From Acidobacteriota bacterium (GTDB lineage: Bacteria; Acidobacteriota; UBA6911), in NCBI GenBank assembly GCA_035506515.1, contig DATJPG010000042.1, positions 11,235 to 75,234 of the forward strand: a DNA stretch of 64,000 bases. Direction: 5' to 3'. The stretch's first letter is position 1. Each line of letters begins with the position of its first letter. Under the pieces are notes generated by a model that did not search any database, was not told where the DNA came from, and worked only from the letters and a program-made list of their open reading frames with translations. A program made the translations under genes and the position numbers. Shown here piece after piece: positions 35,738 to 44,707 of this stretch.

Positions 35738-37795
35738 ATGCTTGATTCCCTGTTTCGACCCCGTGGCGTTGCCGTGATCGGCGCTTCCAACAACACATTT
35801 TCCATCGGAAACCGTGTTGTGAAAAATCTGATCGCCCATAATTTTAAGGGAGGAATCTATCCCGTTCATCCCAAAGAATCCGAAATACTGGGTCTGAAGG
35901 CATATCCAAGCATTCTCGATGTCCCGGGACCGGTGGATATTGCGAGCATTGTGGTTAAAAACACGATGGTGCCGCAGGTTGTCGAGGACTGCGGGAAGAT
36001 GGGCGTCAAGTTCGTCATCATCCATACCGCGGGATTCAGCGAAATGGGGCCCGATGGAGCAAAACTCCAGGATGCGTTGATGGACGCGGCGCGCCGGTAT
36101 GGCGTGCGCGTCTATGGGCCGAACAGCCAGGGAGTCATGAACTCGGATCCAGACGTTTCGGTGTACGCCAATTTCACGTTCACGCCGATGCGCCCCGGCA
36201 ATGCATCCATTCTTGCGCAGAGCGGCGGCGTGGCGGAATTGCTGAACCTGAATCTGCGCAAAATGGGCTCCGGTTTCCGCATGTACGCTTCCCACGGCAA
36301 TGCCACCGACGTGAACACGAACGAACTGCTGGATTATCTCGGCAGCGATCCGGAAACGCGCACCATCATCATGCACATCGAAAGCATGAAAGACACGCCC
36401 GGATTCATCGAACGCTGCCGGCGCATCGCCCGCGACAAATCCATCCTGGCGATCCGCACGGGGCGCACCGCGGCCGCGGCCAAAGCGGTCAGTTCGCACA
36501 CGGGCTCGCTGATGCAGCAGGATTCGCTCACGGATACTATTTTTGAGCATGCAGGTGTCATGCGCTTCAGCACGACCGAAGAGATGATCTCCGCGGCATA
36601 CGCATTTGCGACCCAACCGGTCCCGGCCGGGGCGAATGTGGGTATCATCGCAAACGCCGGCGGACCGGGCATCATGTGCGTGGACGAGTGCGTGAGCCAC
36701 GGACTCTCACTCGCCAAATTCACCGAGGAAACCAAAGCGAAGCTGCGCGCCGGATTGATCCCCGAATCTTACGTTGAGAATCCCGTCGACGTCGCGGCAA
36801 CAGCCAACGCGGATCATTTTGGTCTCGCCATCTCCTGTCTGAATGAGGATCCCGGCGTCGATGCCATCCTCATTCCTATGGTGACTCCATTTTTTGTGGA
36901 TTGCGAAGCGATTGCACGCAAGATTGCGGAGACGGCGAAAACGGTCACCAAGCCGATCATCGCCGTGGTGATGACCAATGAAAATTGGACAAGCACAGTA
37001 GAAACCATCAAAAACGCGGGAATCCCGGTTTTCGACTTCCCGGAAACGGGAGCAAGAGTGCTGGCCGCAATGGCCCGCTACAGCGAAATCCGGAAACGCT
37101 TGACCGAGGTGCCGGCCGTTGCCGCCGGGAACAAGACGAAAGCCCAGGGAATACTCGCCGGCGCCGGCACGGGATTTATTTCTCAGGCTGCCGCGTTTCA
37201 GGTGCTGGAGGCATACGAAATTCCGGTTGCCCTCACAGCCGCCATCGGATCGGCGGATTTGCCGCGCAAGATGAATTACCCCGTGGCGCTGAAAGTGGAC
37301 AGCGCCGACGTCGTCCACAAAAGCGATGCCGGTGGCGTTGTGCTGGATATTGCGAAAAGAGACGCGCTCCAGAAGGCGATCGATGAGATGGCGAAACGCT
37401 TCCCAGGTGCGAAGTTTATCGTGCAGGAACAATGTGCGCCGGGTACCGAAGTGATCGTCGGTTTCAAGCGCGAAAAAGGGGTGGGCCCGGTTGTCATGTT
37501 CGGCATGGGCGGCGTTCAGGTCGAGGCACTCAAAGATGTTTCCTTTCGGATGGCTCCTATGTCGGAAGCCGGTGCCGCGCGCATGGTGCGGGAGATCCGT
37601 TCATTTCCACTCCTTGCCGGCTCACGCAGCAATCCCGCCGTGGATCTGGCCGCCATCGAGAAACTGATGATCGCCGTTGCACAAATGGCTGTTGACCTTC
37701 CGGAAATCGCCGAGATGGATTTGAATCCGGCTATCGTGTATCCGCAGGGCCAGGGGATTAAGGTCGTCGACGTCCGCATAAAAAACAGTAAGTAG
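35738..37795 (+). CDS. Acyl-CoA synthetase (NDP/ADP-forming), fused alpha-beta type (acetate--CoA ligase [ADP-forming]-like)
   Basis: 685 aa. It has an N-terminal CoA-binding domain (VAVIGASNNTFSIG), a succinyl-CoA-synthetase-like flavodoxin domain and a C-terminal ATP-grasp. AAGGAG RBS. Confidence 0.85.
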   Translation: MLDSLFRPRGVAVIGASNNTFSIGNRVVKNLIAHNFKGGIYPVHPKESEILGLKAYPSILDVPGPVDIASIVVKNTMVPQVVEDCGKMGVKFVIIHTAGFSEMGPDGAKLQDALMDAARRYGVRVYGPNSQGVMNSDPDVSVYANFTFTPMRPGNASILAQSGGVAELLNLNLRKMGSGFRMYASHGNATDVNTNELLDYLGSDPETRTIIMHIESMKDTPGFIERCRRIARDKSILAIRTGRTAAAAKAVSSHTGSLMQQDSLTDTIFEHAGVMRFSTTEEMISAAYAFATQPVPAGANVGIIANAGGPGIMCVDECVSHGLSLAKFTEETKAKLRAGLIPESYVENPVDVAATANADHFGLAISCLNEDPGVDAILIPMVTPFFVDCEAIARKIAETAKTVTKPIIAVVMTNENWTSTVETIKNAGIPVFDFPETGARVLAAMARYSEIRKRLTEVPAVAAGNKTKAQGILAGAGTGFISQAAAFQVLEAYEIPVALTAAIGSADLPRKMNYPVALKVDSADVVHKSDAGGVVLDIAKRDALQKAIDEMAKRFPGAKFIVQEQCAPGTEVIVGFKREKGVGPVVMFGMGGVQVEALKDVSFRMAPMSEAGAARMVREIRSFPLLAGSRSNPAVDLAAIEKLMIAVAQMAVDLPEIAEMDLNPAIVYPQGQGIKVVDVRIKNSK

Positions 37796-37810
37796 CCCAT
37801 ACCTGCATTT

Positions 37811-37876
37811 TCGGGGTCGGAATCGGATTTTAAAAAGCAGTTCGACCCCGATTCCGACCCCGACCCCGACCCCGAT
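37811..37876. repeat. REP-like palindromic element, family 1, copy B (with CCCCGA hexamer reiteration)
   Basis: cggggtcggaatcggatttt...tcgaccccgattccgaccccgaccccgaccccgatt, immediately downstream of the acyl-CoA synthetase stop. Confidence 0.65.
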
Positions 37877-37986
37877 TTTTATTTTTGGTTTTACTGTTAA
37901 CCTTCCCCTTCCTCCAATCGTTATAAAGGCAAAACAATTTTCTGGCGAACCTGGAGTTCACCGGGATTAACAGGAAAGGAAATACC

Positions 37987-38415
37987 ATGGGTAGCTTGCT
38001 GAGCGAAGACGTTCTGGTTCCAATTGCCGCATTCGCGATGGTGATAATTTTGGTCTGGTTCGGGCACAAAATTAAGAGGACTCGCATACAGGAACAGGGA
38101 GAACTGCGCAAAAGATTGCTGGATAAATTCAGCTCGGGCCAGGAGCTCTCGGAATTCCTTTCGACACCTCAAGGTCAGAATTTTCTCAAAGACCAGGAAG
38201 CGAATGCGGGATTGCGATCGCCGAAATCGCGCGTCATTCATGGAATCTGCTGGGGCATTGTGCTCCTGGTGCTGGGTGGAGCATTCTTCGGACTGATGCG
38301 GCTGGAGCGAGATCTTGTTTACCCGGCCACGATCCTGACTGCTCTTGGCATTGGCATACTGGTTGCGGCGGCAATTTCTTATTCCCTCTATAAAAAGTGG
38401 AACATGATAGAGTAA
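37987..38415 (+). CDS. Small membrane protein (3 predicted TM helices), hypothetical
   Basis: 142 aa with hydrophobic segments and basic KIKRTR/KKWN flanks. It lies upstream of the ECF sigma pair. Confidence 0.45.
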   Translation: MGSLLSEDVLVPIAAFAMVIILVWFGHKIKRTRIQEQGELRKRLLDKFSSGQELSEFLSTPQGQNFLKDQEANAGLRSPKSRVIHGICWGIVLLVLGGAFFGLMRLERDLVYPATILTALGIGILVAAAISYSLYKKWNMIE

Positions 38416-38473
38416 GAGTATATCGCGACCAGAAAGCTTCCCGGAAAAAGCAACCGGGCGGGAGATTCATCCG

Positions 38474-39043
38474 TTGACGTTCCTTGATGCCGTATCTCTA
38501 CCGGGTTTGATGGAGAAGAAGGCAATCGCCTGCACGGACGACGCGTTTTCTGTGGATGAGGAGGCATTTTCTGCTCTCTACCGAGCAACCGCCTCCGCGC
38601 TTCACGGATACATCCGCAAGACCTGCGGCAATATGGCCCTGGCAGAGGACATTCTCCAGGATACGTTCTATCGCTTCCTGCGTGCCAATGTGCCGGAAAT
38701 GAATGCGCACCAGACGAAGTCGTACCTGTTCAAAATTGCGACTTCTCTATTGGTAGATCACTGGCGCCGCGAAAAGCGTGAGAAGCTCTGGCAAAATCTG
38801 TGGCATCCGGCGACCACAACACAAGGCGGACAGACGGGTGATGTTTCGCATATGCTGTCCGCTCTGAAGCCGGCCGAACGCGCTCTTTTGTGGCTGGCCT
38901 ACGTGGAAGGTTTCGATCACGGCGAAATTGCCGCCACGCTGGGACTCAAGGAAAAAAGCATTCGCGTCCTGCTGTTCCGGGCGCGCAAAAACCTGTCACG
39001 CGTCCTGGGACGGAAGAACAGGAGCTATGGAGCGACATCATGA
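38474..39043 (+). CDS. ECF-type RNA polymerase sigma-70 family sigma factor
   Basis: Region 2 (DILQDTFYRFLRA...LFKIATSLLVDHWRR) and region 4 (ALLWLAYVEGFDHGEIAATLGLKEKSIRVLLFRARKNL) are present. The start is uncertain: TTG at 38474 or ATG at 38510. Confidence 0.75.
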   Translation: MTFLDAVSLPGLMEKKAIACTDDAFSVDEEAFSALYRATASALHGYIRKTCGNMALAEDILQDTFYRFLRANVPEMNAHQTKSYLFKIATSLLVDHWRREKREKLWQNLWHPATTTQGGQTGDVSHMLSALKPAERALLWLAYVEGFDHGEIAATLGLKEKSIRVLLFRARKNLSRVLGRKNRSYGATS

Positions 39044-39507
39044 CGCGGATTTCATGTTCTCAAGAAAAAAGTATCAGTAATGCCGCCAGGACGGGCCGCT
39101 GGGATGATTCCGCAAAGGCGCATGTCCAACAATGCGCTTATTGTCGCGAGATAGCCGGGATAGCCGAATGGATGGGACACATTGCAGGGATGGATGCCGA
39201 GGAAGCCGTTCTGCCCGAGCCACAGCAAGTTTTGTTAAACGCGCGCTTTGCTGCAATCCAGGCCGCGCACGAGAAGGCACTTCGCCCGCTGGCAATTGCC
39301 GAGAATATCGTTAGAATCACGGTTATTTTTGCGCTGGCCGGCAGCGTCTTCGGGCTATGGTTTGGCCTTCGTTCGCTGGCCGCCAACTTGCCGGCTGCCA
39401 ATTTGCACGTGCCGCAAACCGTCTTGAATTCCGCAGCTGCACTGGTGACCTGCCTGATTACACTGGTGTGCACAAAAATTGTGCAACCAATACTGATGGA
39501 AGAATGA
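39040..39507 (+). CDS. Zinc-binding anti-sigma factor (HxxxCxxC) with a C-terminal TM segment
   Basis: Its ATGA start overlaps the sigma factor stop. The HVQQCAYC motif is present, and the membrane helix is ITVIFALAGSVFGLWFGL. The ORF track shows a longer frame from 38890. Confidence 0.6.
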   Translation: MTRISCSQEKSISNAARTGRWDDSAKAHVQQCAYCREIAGIAEWMGHIAGMDAEEAVLPEPQQVLLNARFAAIQAAHEKALRPLAIAENIVRITVIFALAGSVFGLWFGLRSLAANLPAANLHVPQTVLNSAAALVTCLITLVCTKIVQPILMEE

Positions 39508-39590
39508 CACCGGCGCTCCCGGGTCTTTAAACTTTATCCAAACTTATTTTCCTCGATTCTCGTATTGAAAGTCATCGGGAGGAACAATGC

Positions 39591-40832
39591 ATGGCCAAGA
39601 AACGGCTTTTCACACTTGTCTTCATATCCGTCGTGGCGCTTCTGGTTGTCCTGGGCGGCTATTGGGTTTTCGGAGCGCTGTTCTCCGTGGATAAAAGCAT
39701 TCCTCCCGAAAAAATAGCGAGGGTGGAATTGGGCTCCATCGCCAGGTCCGTTGTTGCCACCGGCAAAGTCGAACCGCTTTCGAAGGTTGAGATCAAATCC
39801 AAAGCCACCGGACTAATCAAATACTTATATGTCAATGCCGGAGACCCCGTGCGCGAGGGACAGTTGCTTGTCGAATTGGACAAGGAGACTCTGGAAGCGC
39901 AGATGAAAGAGGCAAAGGCAGTGCTCGATTCCGCAAGAAGCAATCTCGAGGAGATGGAATTGCAGGGAAAAACATTCCAGGCCAATCTCCGAAAGGCGCA
40001 ACTGGAAGCTGAAAACAAAGACTACGAGTTTCTCAAAGCGGAACACAAGCGGCAACAGGAACTATTTCAAGAGGGTCTGATTTCCAAATCCGACCTCGAC
40101 AGCATGGATCAGAAGATGCAGGCCGCCGGAATTACGGAGAAATCTTTAAAGGCTTCCGTCAGCGTCCGGGAAGCGGAGATTGCGCAGAACGGCCGCACGA
40201 TCGAGAAGACGCGGGCTGCCGTGATCCAGGCACAGGCCCAATATGAAAGGGCCGAGGAGAACCTCAGATATGCATCCATTCGATCGCCCATCAACGGGGT
40301 CGTTTTGAGCCGCGAAGTGGAAGTTGGCGACGCCGTGTCTTCTATTCTGCAGCTGGGCTCCAATGCAACGCTGATCATGACCCTGGGTGACGTGCGGGAA
40401 CTCTATATCAAGGGTAAGGTGGATGAAACAGACATAGGACTGGTAAAAATGGACCAGCCGGTGCGCATCACGGTCGACGCCTTTAAAAACCGGACATTTC
40501 AGGGAAAAGTGATCCGAATCGCTCCCATGGGAGTCGAACAGGACAACGTTACGAGGTTCGAGGTGCGCGTCTCGATTTTGAACGATCTGGATCTGCTCAA
40601 AGCAAATATGAGCGCCAACGCCGAAATCATTCTGGAAGAGCACCATAATGTGCCTCTGATCCCCGAGAGCGCACTCATCTATAACGAAAAGCGCGAAACC
40701 TTTGTCGAACTGCCCGATGTATCAACCAAAACCGGGCGGCGGCAGGTACCCATCAAAGCCGGTTTGGGCAATGGTGCGCGGACCGAGGTCCTCAGCGGCC
40801 TGAAGCTGGGCCAACCGATCATACTTCAATGA
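39591..40832 (+). CDS. Efflux periplasmic adaptor (HlyD/MacA membrane-fusion family)
   Basis: N-terminal TM anchor, a long coiled-coil region and a beta-barrel/lipoyl-like C-terminus. It is followed by two FtsX-type permeases. Confidence 0.8.
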   Translation: MAKKRLFTLVFISVVALLVVLGGYWVFGALFSVDKSIPPEKIARVELGSIARSVVATGKVEPLSKVEIKSKATGLIKYLYVNAGDPVREGQLLVELDKETLEAQMKEAKAVLDSARSNLEEMELQGKTFQANLRKAQLEAENKDYEFLKAEHKRQQELFQEGLISKSDLDSMDQKMQAAGITEKSLKASVSVREAEIAQNGRTIEKTRAAVIQAQAQYERAEENLRYASIRSPINGVVLSREVEVGDAVSSILQLGSNATLIMTLGDVRELYIKGKVDETDIGLVKMDQPVRITVDAFKNRTFQGKVIRIAPMGVEQDNVTRFEVRVSILNDLDLLKANMSANAEIILEEHHNVPLIPESALIYNEKRETFVELPDVSTKTGRRQVPIKAGLGNGARTEVLSGLKLGQPIILQ

Positions 40833-40953
40833 CGAATTACGAAAGACGAATTACGAAGTGAAACATACTATGCAGTTTTGCAGAAATCTGAAGGAGTGGA
40901 CAATGACGCCTGCGTTTTTTCAATTCGTAATTCGTCTTTCGTAATTCGTAATT
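40831..40953. repeat. Palindromic element, family 2 (GACGAATTACGAA arms), copy 1, intercistronic
   Basis: gacgaattacgaaagacgaattacgaa...ttcgtaattcgtctttcgtaattcgtaatt: 27-bp arms with a 55-nt loop, lying between the HlyD stop and the permease start. Confidence 0.75.
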
Positions 40954-40959
40954 TTAAAT

Positions 40960-42204
40960 ATGGAATTACTCAAACAAACCTGGATGAATTTGGCCGCGAA
41001 TAAGACGCGTTCGTTTCTGACGATGTTCGGGATCGCGTGGGGGCTGATCTGTCTCATTCTGATGACGTCGATCGGCGAGGGATTGTGGGTTGCGCAGAAG
41101 AGGAAGACGCACGCGCTGGGCCAGAATATCATGATTGTCTGGGGAGGAATGACGAGCAAAGGCAAGGAAGGGGTTCGTCCAGGAAAAGTGATCCGCTTAA
41201 CGCTCGACGACTACTTTCTGCTCAAAAACAAGGCGTCCGATCTGCAGCGCTTGAGCCCTGAAATCCAACGAAGCCTAATGGCGCGCTCCCGCATCAACAA
41301 CGGCACTTTCAATACACACGGCGTCTTCCCCGATTACATGCAGATGAGAACCATCGACGTAGCTGCCGGCGGCAGGCAAATCAGCGATGGAGACAACGCA
41401 AATGCCCGGCGTGTCTGCATTATCGGGAATGAAGTCCGAGATCAGCTTTTCCGAAAAGAAAAGGCTGTCGGGCAGACCGTCAGTATTGGCGGCTACCCCT
41501 ATCTGATCATCGGAGAATTGATCCCCAAGGACCAAAACTCGAATTATAGCGGGCCGGATAAGAGCAAGATATTTATCCCATTCGGCGCCATGACCCGGGA
41601 TTTCCCTTTGCCGATAGCGGCGGAAGGCAAAAATGAACTTTCTAATATGATCCTTCAGCCCCGGAGCGAGAATCTTGGGGAGGCCGCCGAGCTTCAAGTG
41701 CGGCAGATTCTTGCCGCGGAAAAAGGATTCGATTATTTGGACAAGGACGCGCTGGGAATCTGGAACACCGTCAAACAGGCAAAATTCGTAAAAAAGATTT
41801 TTGACTCGCTCAGCATATTTCTCGGCGTGGTTGCCATCATCACCCTGATCCTCGGAGGTGTTGGGGTGATGAATATCATGCTGCTTTCGGTTGGCGAACG
41901 GATTCATGAGATCGGGATCTGCAAGGCCGTGGGCGCCACCACACGCCGCGTCCTGATGCAGTTCTTTGCGGAATCGATGATGCTGACGTTGTTCGCCGGC
42001 TTGACTGGCATTGGGATGGGGTGGGCGCTGTGCGCACTGATCAATCAGCTCCCCAAGATCGATTTCTTCGCAGGCATGATCGTGACTCCGGCGGTGGGAC
42101 TGGTGGCATTCGGATTTCTGTTGCTGGTCGGCGTTCTCTCGAGCATATATCCGGCGTTTATGGCGGCAGTCGTCGACCCGATTGAAGCACTCAGGCATGA
42201 ATAA
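40960..42204 (+). CDS. ABC-transporter-type permease, FtsX/MacB-like (no ATPase domain)
   Basis: 414 aa with an N-terminal TM helix, a large periplasmic domain and three C-terminal TM helices of the FtsX fold. Confidence 0.8.
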   Translation: MELLKQTWMNLAANKTRSFLTMFGIAWGLICLILMTSIGEGLWVAQKRKTHALGQNIMIVWGGMTSKGKEGVRPGKVIRLTLDDYFLLKNKASDLQRLSPEIQRSLMARSRINNGTFNTHGVFPDYMQMRTIDVAAGGRQISDGDNANARRVCIIGNEVRDQLFRKEKAVGQTVSIGGYPYLIIGELIPKDQNSNYSGPDKSKIFIPFGAMTRDFPLPIAAEGKNELSNMILQPRSENLGEAAELQVRQILAAEKGFDYLDKDALGIWNTVKQAKFVKKIFDSLSIFLGVVAIITLILGGVGVMNIMLLSVGERIHEIGICKAVGATTRRVLMQFFAESMMLTLFAGLTGIGMGWALCALINQLPKIDFFAGMIVTPAVGLVAFGFLLLVGVLSSIYPAFMAAVVDPIEALRHE

Positions 42205-42205
42205 G

Positions 42206-42330
42206 GAATTACGAATGACGAATTACGAATTGAAACAAACGTTGGAATTATCCCTCAGCCGCTGCGGTGTTTCGCATATTGCGATGTGTGTTTTCTTTCA
42301 TCATTCGTAATTCGTCACTCGTAATTTTAC
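42206..42330. repeat. Palindromic element, family 2, copy 2, intercistronic
   Basis: aattacgaatgacgaattacgaattg...caatcattcgtaattcgtcactcgtaatt, with one mismatch. It lies between the two permease genes. Confidence 0.75.
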
Positions 42331-42341
42331 ACAAGGACCCG

Positions 42342-43595
42342 ATGGTTATCGAAATAGTGAAGCGCGTCGCTGATAATTTAAGGTCGTACGGGAAGCGATC
42401 GATCATGACGATCGTTGGAATCACCTGGGGGATTGCCTCCTACATCCTGCTCATCGCGTACGGCGACGACTTTCACAGGGCCTTGCTCCTGGGAATGAAA
42501 TATTTTGGCGACAATGTTGTCGTTGTCTGGAATGGGCAGACCTCGCTGCAGGCCGGCGGCGGCCGCGCGGGCCGGGTTGTGCGTACTCAGCCGGAGGACG
42601 TGGAAGCCATTCGACAACGCTGCACGCTCATAAAACGCGCCAGCCCGGAAGTATATGAAGAGATGCAATTGCGCTGGGGCGACCGCTTGACGGTGGGAGG
42701 CATCCGCGCCGTCAATGACGAATATGGGGCCATGCGCGGCATGTTCATAGGCGAAGGCCGGTTTCTCAGCGCGGAGGATGTCGCGTCCATGCGCCGTGTG
42801 GTAGTGCTCGGATACGATCTTAAAAAGAAGCTCTTCAGCCAGGCTCCGGCATTGAACCAGGATCTCTTTATCAATGGCATGCGGTTTTCCGTAATCGGGG
42901 TGCTGCGGAAAAAGATTTCGCTGTCGAGCTATTTCTCCGACGATGACAGCTGCGCCATTATCCCGATCAAGGTCATGGGAATGATGCGCGACATCCGTTA
43001 TAACAGCGTTCTTGTGTTTCAGCCCGTCAGCGGCGCCATGGAGAATGCGGCCGTGCGGCAGGTTCGGCAGGTCCTCGGAGATATTCACAAATTCGATCCG
43101 GCGGATGAAAAGGCGCTGAACATGCACACCTCCAGCGAAGGATTCAGCATCGTCAACGGGCTGGGAGTGGCAATTAAGGCACTGCTCAAGGTGATCGGAT
43201 TGCTCACACTGGCCGTTGCAGGTGTGGGCATCATGAACATCATGCTGTTTTGCGTGCAGGAGAGGACGAACGAGATCGGCGTTTTAAAGGCTCTCGGGGC
43301 GCGAAAGCGGCACATTCGTCTTCAGTTCTTGGGTGAAGCGCTTGCACTTTCCATCGCCGGAGGGATCCTGGGGTATATTCTTGCGATTCTTCTTGCGCAC
43401 TGGATCGGCGTAATCCCATTCCTGGGTCCTCTGTTTGAGGATATCAGCGGACAAGGGGATATCCACCTGATCGTAAACACCCACGTATTTCTGACCTCCT
43501 TTATTACGTTTATAGCAATCGGGTTAATTTCCGGCACATGGCCCGCAATCAAAGCGTCACGTCTGGATCCGGTGGAAGCTCTTCGATCGGAATAG
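42342..43595 (+). CDS. ABC-transporter-type permease, FtsX/MacB-like, second copy
   Basis: The start is taken at the Met after AAGGA; the ORF track start at 42267 lies inside the palindromic element. Same architecture as the preceding gene. Confidence 0.78.
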   Translation: MVIEIVKRVADNLRSYGKRSIMTIVGITWGIASYILLIAYGDDFHRALLLGMKYFGDNVVVVWNGQTSLQAGGGRAGRVVRTQPEDVEAIRQRCTLIKRASPEVYEEMQLRWGDRLTVGGIRAVNDEYGAMRGMFIGEGRFLSAEDVASMRRVVVLGYDLKKKLFSQAPALNQDLFINGMRFSVIGVLRKKISLSSYFSDDDSCAIIPIKVMGMMRDIRYNSVLVFQPVSGAMENAAVRQVRQVLGDIHKFDPADEKALNMHTSSEGFSIVNGLGVAIKALLKVIGLLTLAVAGVGIMNIMLFCVQERTNEIGVLKALGARKRHIRLQFLGEALALSIAGGILGYILAILLAHWIGVIPFLGPLFEDISGQGDIHLIVNTHVFLTSFITFIAIGLISGTWPAIKASRLDPVEALRSE

Positions 43596-43624
43596 AAAGC
43601 TCGAAGAGATAGGCTTCGACGGGT

Positions 43625-44623
43625 CTATTTTCCTTTAAAAACAAACTGCAGCAAAAGCGTTCGCTGCATAGGAGAGAAATTGTCGTCGGACATCAGGGTA
43701 ATCACAGCCTCGCCGGCGCGGTTCTGGTGCACGCTCATGGCTTCCATGTTGTCGATCTGACAGCGCATGTCGGCCTCGATCACCGCAGGGCCATCCACCA
43801 AAGCGCCCGGATTGATCTCGTCGAGGTGAATGCGCCGTATACGCATCTGGACTCCCCGCTGCAGGGAATATTGGCGCTCGAGAATGAGGATATCGCCGTC
43901 CGGCAAAAGCGCCGCATCGCTGATGTCATAGCCGTCCGAACGCTTGACGGAAAACAAGCCGGGTGTGCGTCCCCCGATCAGAAACGATTTCAGATTTCCT
44001 TCTGCTGTGAGCCCTTCTTCCGAGAAAGCGATCAGGGTGCCGGCCAGCCTGTGATTTTTCGGGATAAAGACCATTGCCTCAAGGCCTTTATTGAATGGCA
44101 GTTCTTTCAGTTCGGGCGGAGCAGAGACCGGTCGTGCGTGCCGCGGGAAGCTTCTCCAGTCGAAGTCAAAACTGAAGATTCGATTGATGCGTTCAATGCC
44201 GACGTATAGCGTGTTGCCGTCTTCGGCGATCGATTCGGTATCCCATTGGGGAGCTGGTTTCCCGTACTCGTCGAGGACGGGCGCCGCAGACGCATCCGCG
44301 ATGCCGGAAGGGCGATTGTTATCATAAACTATGCGGCCGCGAATCCACGATGCGCAATCCGAGAGCGCGAGGAAATGCGCGCCGTCAGAGTGGACAACCA
44401 GCGCCGATATGCCGCCGAATGATTTGTGCGCAGAGCTGAGAACGAGGCCGCCGCAGAATTCAAGCGAACCGAAGTGGGACCTTGAAGGAGTATCCGGCTG
44501 AAAAGCGGGAATCGGCGTGGAATGGATTATTATGCGCGTCGCCGGATCTGAGACAGTCGTCTGCGGATAGGCCCATGAAAACAAGCCCAAAAGCACAAGG
44601 ATCAGGACGAGCACGTTGGCCAT
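43625..44623 (-). CDS. Secreted esterase-like/phytase-like family protein
   Basis: 332 aa with the signal peptide MANVLVLILVLLGLFSWA. The reading resembles the 'esterase-like activity of phytase' family. Low certainty. Confidence 0.45.
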   Translation of the reverse strand: MANVLVLILVLLGLFSWAYPQTTVSDPATRIIIHSTPIPAFQPDTPSRSHFGSLEFCGGLVLSSAHKSFGGISALVVHSDGAHFLALSDCASWIRGRIVYDNNRPSGIADASAAPVLDEYGKPAPQWDTESIAEDGNTLYVGIERINRIFSFDFDWRSFPRHARPVSAPPELKELPFNKGLEAMVFIPKNHRLAGTLIAFSEEGLTAEGNLKSFLIGGRTPGLFSVKRSDGYDISDAALLPDGDILILERQYSLQRGVQMRIRRIHLDEINPGALVDGPAVIEADMRCQIDNMEAMSVHQNRAGEAVITLMSDDNFSPMQRTLLLQFVFKGK

Positions 44624-44707
44624 AAATTAAAGCTACACCCGGGATGCAATTGTTCCAATGTGCATCCGGAATGTCGAGTATATATCAAATCCGCGGTCTT
44701 ATTTCTT

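Noticed and set aside
38890-39039. N-terminal 50 codons of the ORF-track anti-sigma frame (38890-39507)
   Set aside because: This part overlaps the 3' end of the sigma factor gene in another frame. The Met at 39040 gives the classic ATGA-coupled sigma/anti-sigma arrangement.
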